Part shown: positions 1-7,109 of the stretch, one piece after another
Layout of the letters: every line of letters starts with the position of its first letter
Numbering within the stretch: position 1 is the first letter of the stretch
Source: an uncultured Planctomycetota bacterium
GTDB lineage: Bacteria > Planctomycetota > JACQVV01 > CAZANL01
DNA length: 33,232 nucleotides
Direction: 5' to 3'
Assembly (NCBI GenBank): GCA_964566865.1
Contig: CAZMLI010000002.1
Coordinates: 1-33,232, forward strand
Made by a program: the position numbers and the translations under genes
Notes under the pieces: generated by a model
The model's input: only the letters and a program-made list of their open reading frames with translations
Database searches by the model: none
What the model was told of the DNA's origin: nothing

Positions 1-46
1 GACTGATCTGGAGCTCTACTCCGCCGGCAAGACTATCAACGCCTGA
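1..46 (+). CDS. possible 3' end of an upstream gene (partial)
   Basis: Frame starting at base 2 is open (TDLELYSAGKTINA) to TGA at 44-46 and converges on the next gene; too short to verify. Confidence 0.25.
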   Translation, partial: TDLELYSAGKTINA

Positions 47-938
47 GCTTGAAGAACTTTCGGTATTGTTTGCCATTGCGCGTGTAGTGAACTCGGATGG
101 CGTTGGCCCTGCGCAGATGGTCCTTCAGAATCCAGATCTGCTCCACGACTTCAATCTTGAATGTATTTACCATCGTGATGATGTCACCACTGCGTAAACC
201 ACGCTCGTAGGCGTACGATGTCGGGGGCACCTTGGTGAGCAGTAGGCCTTCGGGTCGTTTGCCCTCTCCACCCATGGACTCCATCCGGACCTCATTCAGG
301 TAGGCCGCCAGATTCTTGAAGACGCGGTCTTGCTCCGCTCCGCTGATATGCCATTTGTGTTCCGCAATCCGCATGGTCCTGTCGTATCTGGTGCCGCGCA
401 TGGCTTGCCGCGGCTGCTTGACCGCAACCGGCTTCTCGGCCGAGGGCGGCTTCGGTGATCGCTTGCGCTTGGCGGGCTGACCAGGAGCAGCGACTGGCGT
501 TTTTGAGCGGGCAAGTCGTTTGGCCTGAGCATCCCTCGCACGTCGCACGCGCTGAGTCAGTCCCCTGATGAACTGCGCCTCCTTGCGTAACCCGCGCTGG
601 TCGCTCAGCGCTTGGACTCCAGCCAGCACACGCTTGAGATCATCGAGCGCAGCATCGTAAGACTGCGCGTGGAATCGCAGCAGTGCTCGCAAGTACCGCT
701 CTCGGATGGTCGCAGGCACCTCTCGGGAGACCAGTTCAGACTCTGCGAGTTGAAGAGCCTGCTGTGCGTCCAGATCGTCGGCTACTCTGTGGCGGGGTGT
801 CACGCTGCGCTCGTGCGCGCCAGAGTTTGCGACAGTGGAGTTTGCGACGGACTTGGCTGGCACCGGCTCTCGGCCTACATCCGGCGAACGAGCGCAACCG
901 TTAGCCAGAAGTAGCAAGAAGATGAGGAGACGCGACAT
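36..938 (-). CDS. putative lipoprotein with a TPR-like helix pair and a C-terminal GspC-like PDZ domain
   Basis: Preferred start ATG 938 gives MSRLLIFLLLLANG-C (lipobox). Helical YLRALLRFHAQSYDAALDDL, then a Pro/Lys linker. C-terminus GLLLTKVPPTSYAYERGLRSGDIITMVN...IRVHYTRNGK is typical of the PDZ domain in T2SS GspC-like proteins. Confidence 0.65.
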   Translation of the reverse strand: MSRLLIFLLLLANGCARSPDVGREPVPAKSVANSTVANSGAHERSVTPRHRVADDLDAQQALQLAESELVSREVPATIRERYLRALLRFHAQSYDAALDDLKRVLAGVQALSDQRGLRKEAQFIRGLTQRVRRARDAQAKRLARSKTPVAAPGQPAKRKRSPKPPSAEKPVAVKQPRQAMRGTRYDRTMRIAEHKWHISGAEQDRVFKNLAAYLNEVRMESMGGEGKRPEGLLLTKVPPTSYAYERGLRSGDIITMVNTFKIEVVEQIWILKDHLRRANAIRVHYTRNGKQYRKFFKLRR

Positions 939-1116
939 CTTCCGGCAATGATACACGATCAGTGCCCCGGATACCGGCTGTCTTGACCAGGCTACAGGCG
1001 CGGTCTGATGGACTGGAGCGAGTGAATTGCTCGAACGAGCAGCTGCTTCTCGGTATGATTGTAGTCATGACGCTCTCCAGACCTTCTCGCGAACGCTTCC
1101 TGCCGGGCGCGAAGGC

Positions 1117-2391
1117 GTGAAGCCCTGGCAGTTAGCCATCTCGGCAGCTGCCCTTGTCCTGCTGGTAATCACGACAGCCTCTACCCGTGGCCGCGATGAG
1201 GCGCAAAGCCCAATTGCGCCCCCCGGCATTCTCCTTGAGCATCAGGACAAGAACAGTTCTGCCGAGAGAAGGCGGCCGGCGACGGAGAAGGCCCCCTCTC
1301 GTCCCGCGAGGGTACGAGCCAAGAGCGCCAGAAAACGCGCCCAAGAGCAAAGCCGACGGTTCTTGGCTGAGCTGGAGAGAATGGTCAGCTCCTCCAAGCA
1401 TCGCACTGCCGGGAGCCTGCACCAGCGGGTTCGACAACTTGCCCTCAAGGACAAGTGTGTGGTCGAGAAGTTGATTCGGCTGTATCGAAGCCTCACCGAT
1501 CCGGCCCTGAAAGGGCAGCTGATCCTCATGCTGGGCGGGCTTCCTTACCCCGAGGTGCTGCAGCTAGTCATCGCGGAATTCACCAAACAAGGTGGTGACC
1601 TTTACGTGAGGCAGCTCGCCCTTTCCGTGGTTATAAGCCACGAGAAGAGGTGGATGACCAAGGAGCAAGATCGACGGCTCCTGTCGGAGCTAGCCAACAT
1701 CATCCGTAATGACGCAGAGCCTGGTGGCCTCAGGAATCTCGCTCTGTCGAAGCTTCAGTTTGTTGGACACCCGGAGCTGAACGAGATTCGGGATCTGATT
1801 GGGATCACACTCTCCGGTTCGGATCACGAGTTAATAACGACCGCATACTGGGTTGCGAACCTGCTCTCGCTTGACGACGAGCAGTTCCTTTCCGCGGCCA
1901 CCAAGCTCCTGAGAGAGACCCCCGGGGCAGACCTGACGCGTGTCCTCGTTGCGTATCTATCCTCCAACGGAGGGCCAGCAGTGCAGCAGGCGATGTTGAT
2001 AGAGCTCAGCGCGAACAGCAGCTCAATATACCGGGCGTTTGTAGCAGAGAATCTCAGCGCCAAGACAGGCGACAGAGCCGTAAGAATGAAGCTCATCCAT
2101 GCGCTGTTCAATGATCCAGATCCGGACGTTCAACTCGTCGTTATCGAGTCTTTACGATTCGGGGTGTACAACGACTCAGCTACCGTGGAAGCGCTGAAGA
2201 AGAAGGTCCAGGACCACACAGCGAAGGCAGATGTCCGCCTTTCTGCCGCAAGTGCGGCACTGTATCGCAGCCGGGTCGAGTTGGTTGATTCAACGAAAGC
2301 AGTTCTCTCCTTTCTGAGAACCGTCTCCGAGTCCGAACAGGATGCAGCTGTCCGGAAGGGACTTCAGGCACTAGGAGGACATACTCGATGA
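1117..2391 (+). CDS. exported or membrane-anchored HEAT-repeat protein
   Basis: ORF 1027..2391. Likely GTG start at 1117 precedes hydrophobic LAISAAALVLLVITTA. Repeated HEAT-like motifs (DPALKGQLILMLG, DPDPDVQLVVIESL, QDAAVRKGLQAL). Stop overlaps the next ATG (ATGA). Confidence 0.65.
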   Translation: MKPWQLAISAAALVLLVITTASTRGRDEAQSPIAPPGILLEHQDKNSSAERRRPATEKAPSRPARVRAKSARKRAQEQSRRFLAELERMVSSSKHRTAGSLHQRVRQLALKDKCVVEKLIRLYRSLTDPALKGQLILMLGGLPYPEVLQLVIAEFTKQGGDLYVRQLALSVVISHEKRWMTKEQDRRLLSELANIIRNDAEPGGLRNLALSKLQFVGHPELNEIRDLIGITLSGSDHELITTAYWVANLLSLDDEQFLSAATKLLRETPGADLTRVLVAYLSSNGGPAVQQAMLIELSANSSSIYRAFVAENLSAKTGDRAVRMKLIHALFNDPDPDVQLVVIESLRFGVYNDSATVEALKKKVQDHTAKADVRLSAASAALYRSRVELVDSTKAVLSFLRTVSESEQDAAVRKGLQALGGHTR

Positions 2392-3927
2392 AGTTGTTTC
2401 TCGTCATTGCACTGCTGCTCCCGCTAGCTCTCGAGGCTAACGCCCAGAAACCAGAGTGGGTAAAGACGAATACTCTGGTCTATGGGCGCGGGGATGACTC
2501 GCTCAGCCTCGACCCTGCGTATGTCGACGACGGCGAATCCGTCAAGGTGATCGAGACCATCTACGAAACCCTGCTACGCGTCGGCGCCGGCGGACGGCTC
2601 GAGCCCTGGCTAGCGACGCGCTGGTCCGTGCTGGACGGGTTCCACGGTTACGTCTTCACCATTCGCAAGAACGTCTGGTTTCATGACGGGACGCCGATGA
2701 CCCCCGCCGCGGTTGCTGCGAGCCTCAATCGTCTGCTTGCCAGTCGCAGTCCCTACCTCACCTTCTACCAGACCATCAAGAGGGTCTCGGCCGCGGGGCA
2801 ACAGGTGCGTGTCGAGACCAGCAAGCCCGATGCCACACTACCGTACAATCTGGCAATGTTCCCGGCTTCGATCGTCAGTTCGGCCGCGGTCAAGAGGCAC
2901 GGCAGACTGTTCGGCCCCCAGGTCGCGGTCGGAACCGGCCCGTTCAAGCTGACCCGTTGGCAGAAGGACGTGGTCGTCGAGGTCGCACGGTTCAAGGGTT
3001 ACTGGGGCAAGAAGGCGCGCGTCACGCGCATCGAGTTCCGCAAGGTCCGGGACGACCGCAAGCGCCTGGCGCTGCTGCGCAGTGGGCACCTGTCCTATAT
3101 GGACGGGCTGAACCCACGGGACATCAAAGGCGTGATGTCCGACCCCAAGCTGGTACTCAAGATGAGCGAGCGCGGCCACGAAACCAGCCTGCTTTACCTG
3201 GCGTTCAACACCCAGAGCCCCCCCCTTCGACAACGTCAAGTTCCGCCAGGCGGTGGCCCATGCGCTGGACAAGAAGGCGATCGCCGGACTGTACAACGGC
3301 TGGGCCAGTCCGCTCGACCTCCCGGTCCCACCAGGCATCAATGGGTACTCGAAAACCGCGCGAGGCCTGACGCATGACCTGGCGAAGGCGAAGCGACTGC
3401 TGGCGGAGTCGGGCGTCAAGCTGCGCAAGCTGACGCTGGTGCACATGAACAATCCTCGCCCGTACATTCACTACCCACAGGCTGTCGCCAGGTCAGTCGC
3501 GGCCAGCCTGGCGAAGATCGGCATCACCGTGACAGTGACAGGGATGCCATGGGCACGCTACTTGGCCTACGTTCAGCATGGCAAGCACCAGCTGTGTCTT
3601 CTCGGCTGGTCGACCGACAACGCAGACGCCGACAACTTCCTCTCGACACTCTTCCACTCCAGCAATACGCAGAAGGGCCGAGCATCCAACATCTCGTTCT
3701 TCAAGGACGACAAGCTGGACCGCCTGCTCCTCCAGCAACGTCGAGAGGTCGATCCCACCAAGCGCGCCCCGCTGCTCGACCAGGTCTACCGATACGTCGT
3801 CGCCCACTCACCGATCGTGCCCCTGATCGCGGCGCGCCAGGGAATCGTACACCACGCCCTGCTGTCAGGAGCCACGCTCGGGCCGACCTACCAGCGTAGT
3901 CTCTGGCGAGTCAAGATACGCAAGTGA
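2388..3927 (+). pseudogene. ABC transporter peptide/nickel-binding protein (SBP family 5, DppA/OppA-like), split by a +1 frameshift
   Basis: Signal peptide MKLFLVIALLLPLALEANA. Family motifs SLDPA, IYETLL, PWLATRW, FHDGTPMT, GTGPFKL, YWG. Removing one C from the C8 run at 3218-3225 joins ORF 2388..3377 to ORF 3253..3927 and restores FNTQSPPFDNVKFRQAVAHALDK. Could be an intact gene with a sequencing error. Confidence 0.85.
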
Positions 3928-3938
3928 AGCGAACTGGC

Positions 3939-3956
3939 GCTAGTGGGGTGAGTCAG
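3939..3956 (+). repeat. left terminal inverted repeat plus target sequence
   Basis: GCTAGTGGGGTGAGTCAG is the exact 18-nt reverse complement of 5601-5618. Confidence 0.9.
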
Positions 3957-3994
3957 TCATTCGATGAACTGCCCCAGCAGGCTGTGGGTCTGCC

Positions 3995-4552
3995 TCAGAG
4001 CTGGGCCACTGCCTCTTCGATCCCCGCGATCATCTCGGAGAGCCGCAACAACTCGCCCTCGATGCCGACCTCGGCCGCCTGCTCCCCGGACGCCCCGGCG
4101 ATCGCATGACCCACCAGCTTGGACCCCGCGATCGCGGTGACGGACCTCATCTGCTCCGCATCCGCCTCGGCCATGCGCTGCAGCCGCTGGTTCTTGCTGA
4201 GTCGCCCCGCAATCGTCTCGGCCAGCCTGGCCGCGCCGCTGGCATCCGCGTCGACACCGATATCCGCGAGTATCTCGCTCAGCTCCTCCAGGCACTTGGC
4301 GTCCTGCATTGCGTCGGCAGCCATACGGTACTCCAGCTTGAGCAAGCCCAGCAGATACAGCGCTGCCTCGGCGGATCGACCCTCCTGGTGCAGGGAACGC
4401 GCGCGGTCGAGCCGCTGGCGTCCTGCCTCGTGCCGCTTGCGGCGCCCTTCTCGCTTGCGCTGCTTTGCCCGGTCACCCCTTATCCGCAGCACAGCAACGA
4501 TCACCACCAGGATCACCGTGAAGATGATGAAGTTCTGGGCATCCGAGTCCAT
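3995..4552 (-). CDS. hypothetical single-pass membrane protein with a helical domain
   Basis: Start ATG 4552 follows a strong SD (GGGGAGG). N-terminal TM FIIFTVILVVIVAVL, then a basic stretch and amphipathic helices. No family recognised. Confidence 0.65.
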   Translation of the reverse strand: MDSDAQNFIIFTVILVVIVAVLRIRGDRAKQRKREGRRKRHEAGRQRLDRARSLHQEGRSAEAALYLLGLLKLEYRMAADAMQDAKCLEELSEILADIGVDADASGAARLAETIAGRLSKNQRLQRMAEADAEQMRSVTAIAGSKLVGHAIAGASGEQAAEVGIEGELLRLSEMIAGIEEAVAQL

Positions 4553-4702
4553 GCAATCAACCTCCCCGACCATGATCTCATCCGACAGCAGTGCGCACAT
4601 TCTCTACTATTGCCCGACGCTGTGCCACACTGGACTGCCACTCGGTTGACCCACGCATCTCGGAGTGGACACCGCAGCAGCCAACCGCTAGCGTAGCGCA
4701 GC

Positions 4703-5203
4703 ATGAATGCAGAAGACTTGACTGACGGCCTCACCGGATGCCATTCGAGGCAGGCGCTGATACTAGATCTGCACCAGGCCGTGACGGAAGCCGACAGAAT
4801 GAGCAGGCGCTACAGAGCCACCTTCCTCTGCGTCGACCTGGACAACCTGCAGCGCTACCTGGACCAGCACGGCCATGCGCCGACAGACATTCTGCTTCAG
4901 CGCCTGGCTGATCGTCTCTGCATCCTCTACCCGAACTCTCGGGTCTATCGATTCGGCGGCGACGAGTTCGTGGTCGAGAAAGTGGATCAGCCTGACCTGG
5001 ACCTCAACAGCCACTTCGAGGTCCCGGTGAAACAGGCGCTCGTCGATATCGATGTGGGCTTGCAGGGCAAACGAATCAACCGCACCGCCAGCTGGATCAT
5101 GCTGCACATCCACGAGGGTGTTGTGAAGTCATCAGTCCAACCGATACGCATAGAGTGTCGAGATCGACCTGCCGCGGATAGGAAGTATATGGGCTCAACA
5201 TAG
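4703..5203 (+). CDS. stand-alone degenerate GGDEF (diguanylate cyclase-like) domain protein
   Basis: DGLTG..SR, VDLDNLQRYLDQHGH..TD, VYRFGGDEF. The canonical FKxxND and GD positions are altered, the C-terminal part is divergent, and there is no sensor domain. Confidence 0.8.
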   Translation: MNAEDLTDGLTGCHSRQALILDLHQAVTEADRMSRRYRATFLCVDLDNLQRYLDQHGHAPTDILLQRLADRLCILYPNSRVYRFGGDEFVVEKVDQPDLDLNSHFEVPVKQALVDIDVGLQGKRINRTASWIMLHIHEGVVKSSVQPIRIECRDRPAADRKYMGST

Positions 5204-5462
5204 GCTACATTATCGGCGAGACAGAATTGATGTGCCACTGATCGGAGCACTTTCCTCTCAGTTAGCACAACTCTCGGTCTCTCCCTCCACGAGGCGATAC
5301 AGCAGCGTCACTCGAAGCCTCCGTTGCCCAGCACTCTTTCTATCTCACTGCGATGACGCGGATCGCAGGCTGCCCAGCGCCGCTCATCCTGGTCAAGGTC
5401 CGCAAGGAAGCCGAAACGAGATCGCACGCGCTTGCCAGCCGCGCAGATCGAGGTATGGGTCG

Positions 5463-5490
5463 CTTCGTCGTGACTCTTCGTCGTGACTCT
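5463..5490 (+). repeat. 13-bp tandem duplication
   Basis: CTTCGTCGTGACT at 5463-5475 and 5476-5488, plus CT. Confidence 0.85.
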
Positions 5491-5499
5491 CCGGCCGCC

Positions 5500-5562
5500 C
5501 GGCGTTGCGGCTGCGTTACTCCTCCTCGACGACCTCCCGGGTCGCCTCGTCGTCGCGCCTTG
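5500..5562. repeat. structured REP/MITE-like segment near the right TIR
   Basis: CGACC/GGTCG stem (5530-5544) and alternative CGACGAC/GTCGTCG stem (5527-5555) within GCGTTACTCCTCCTCGACG...CGTCGTCGCGCCTTG. Resembles intergenic repeat families from memory only. Confidence 0.4.
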
Positions 5563-5600
5563 TCATGCACCAGAATCACCTCGCATTATTCGACGTATTC

Positions 5601-5618
5601 CTGACTCACCCCACTAGC
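5601..5618 (-). repeat. right terminal inverted repeat plus target sequence
   Basis: CTGACTCACCCCACTAGC is the exact reverse complement of 3939-3956. Confidence 0.9.
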
Positions 5619-5627
5619 CACAGGCTG

Positions 5628-6848
5628 CTAGCGCCGTCGGCGACGTCTGGGTTTTCTTGAGCGAGACCTTGAGCTGCGTGCTTCCTCAAACGGCTCATCG
5701 TCGAGCAAGGGCTCGAGCGTCTTCACCGCCTCACCCGTATCCCCGAAGCGCTTTGCAGCCAGCAAGAGCCAGATTCCTACGAGCAGCTGGCTCAGTGAGC
5801 CAGCGATCAACCCTATCCAGATGAGCCTTGAAAAGAAACGACCCGCACCAGCTGGTCCGGTCTTGAGCACTACCGTTTCGACATGTGTCTTTTTCACCTC
5901 ATCGAACATGTGCTCCTGGGTCATAGAGGGCTGTGTGACCGTCAGAGTGAGCCGGACCCGCAACTCGCTGTCGGCGAGTGGCGAGTCCGAGGGCAAGCGC
6001 AGCCGCACCCAAGGAGTGATCTCCTCATAACCATCGCCTCCCTTTCGGGCCGAGAACGAGTCTGGCCAACCCTCCGTTCTGGTTTCCGAGGGAATAACCG
6101 TGCCTGTGGGCTGCTTCCCATCGAGGAGCTCTGCGGTGCACTCCCCGCGCCAATATCCGCTGAGCGCATGAAACCGTGTTTCAAGGTAGCAGGTTGAAAC
6201 GTCCCCTGGTCCCAACACGCCTGGATAGAGGTTGGAGTTGGTTGGCCAGCCCTTTGCCAGCCGCAACGGAACTGGAAGAACGAGCAAAGCGATGCAGCCC
6301 CCGAGCAGCCCGATCGTCCACGACGTGTTGACGGGTCCAGGCAGAGATCCCGCTGGATTATCCGGATCCCCCTCCTCAATTATCGCCAGACGCCCCTTTT
6401 CTAACCCATTCGTGGCCCTCTCCAGGTTGTCGTCCAGGTCTTTGTTAGCATCGATGTAGAGCCCAGAGAAGTGAAGCCAACCCGCGAGGCCGACGGCAAT
6501 GGCCGACAATACGGCCGCAGTCGCCCCGTGAAGATAGTGACCGTAGTGCAGCAGCAAGGGGAGCAGGGACCCGATGGAGCCAACTACTAGCCCCAATAGA
6601 TGCTCGGGCACAAGCTGGCTAGCTATCATCTCCGGCTGGATCGTACCGCAACAGGGGCATGGATGGCTCTCGATCTGTGTTAGAGCCTGCCGTGCGCGGT
6701 CTTCCAGTGCGGATCTCGCAGCGTCGAGCTGCTTTCCAGTCGCCGACAACTCTCGCCCGAAATGATAGCTGTACAGGGCACCGCAGTGGCCACAGCCGTG
6801 CTGTTTCCATGCTGTTACCGTTCCAGAAACTTCTCTCCTCGAAGACAT
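5628..6848 (-). CDS. hypothetical membrane protein with an N-terminal split zinc ribbon
   Basis: CGHCG...CPCCG cysteine pairs, about four hydrophobic segments, a beta-rich soluble domain and an Arg-rich C-terminal tail. Confidence 0.75.
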   Translation of the reverse strand: MSSRREVSGTVTAWKQHGCGHCGALYSYHFGRELSATGKQLDAARSALEDRARQALTQIESHPCPCCGTIQPEMIASQLVPEHLLGLVVGSIGSLLPLLLHYGHYLHGATAAVLSAIAVGLAGWLHFSGLYIDANKDLDDNLERATNGLEKGRLAIIEEGDPDNPAGSLPGPVNTSWTIGLLGGCIALLVLPVPLRLAKGWPTNSNLYPGVLGPGDVSTCYLETRFHALSGYWRGECTAELLDGKQPTGTVIPSETRTEGWPDSFSARKGGDGYEEITPWVRLRLPSDSPLADSELRVRLTLTVTQPSMTQEHMFDEVKKTHVETVVLKTGPAGAGRFFSRLIWIGLIAGSLSQLLVGIWLLLAAKRFGDTGEAVKTLEPLLDDEPFEEARSSRSRSRKPRRRRRR

Positions 6849-7109
6849 GCAGTGATCGTACTCAGCTCGGTGCGTGATGACAAGCAGGGAAGGGCCCCCA
6901 AGAGGAACATCGAATGAGTCTTTACTCTTTCTTGGTATTGTTATTGGTTGATGGCCATGACTGCTAAATGCAGATTTCGCGCTGAATTCTCGAATACACG
7001 CCTGTGACCAAGAAGAAGTCCGCCAAGAAGAAGCCTACCCGCCGCATACGGACGTTGAGATCCTTCACCAGCAACTCCACCGGCATGACAACCTGTCCTA
7101 CTTGTGCTC

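Larger units (their letters stand above)
3943..5614. mobile_element. non-autonomous TIR element (IS630-like ends) with passenger genes
   Basis: GTGGGGTGAGTCAG (3943-3956) and CTGACTCACCCCAC (5601-5614) are exact reverse complements, flanked by TA at 3941-3942 and 5615-5616. The reconstructed empty site is GC-TA-GC. No transposase ORF inside. Confidence 0.7.

Noticed and set aside
1067-1120. 17-codon ORF (MTLSRPSRERFLPGAKA) after TATGAT, with its stop overlapping the GTG of the HEAT gene
   Set aside because: Could be a leader peptide, but short ORFs like this arise by chance and it has no attenuator features.
4637-4668. CCACTC...GAGTGG inverted repeat between the two cargo genes
   Set aside because: Only 6 bp with a long spacer; expected by chance.
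5193-5266. GCTCAAC...GTTAGC after the GGDEF gene as a possible integron attC site
   Set aside because: The ends are not complementary beyond AAC/GTT, there is no internal dyad, and no integrase is present.
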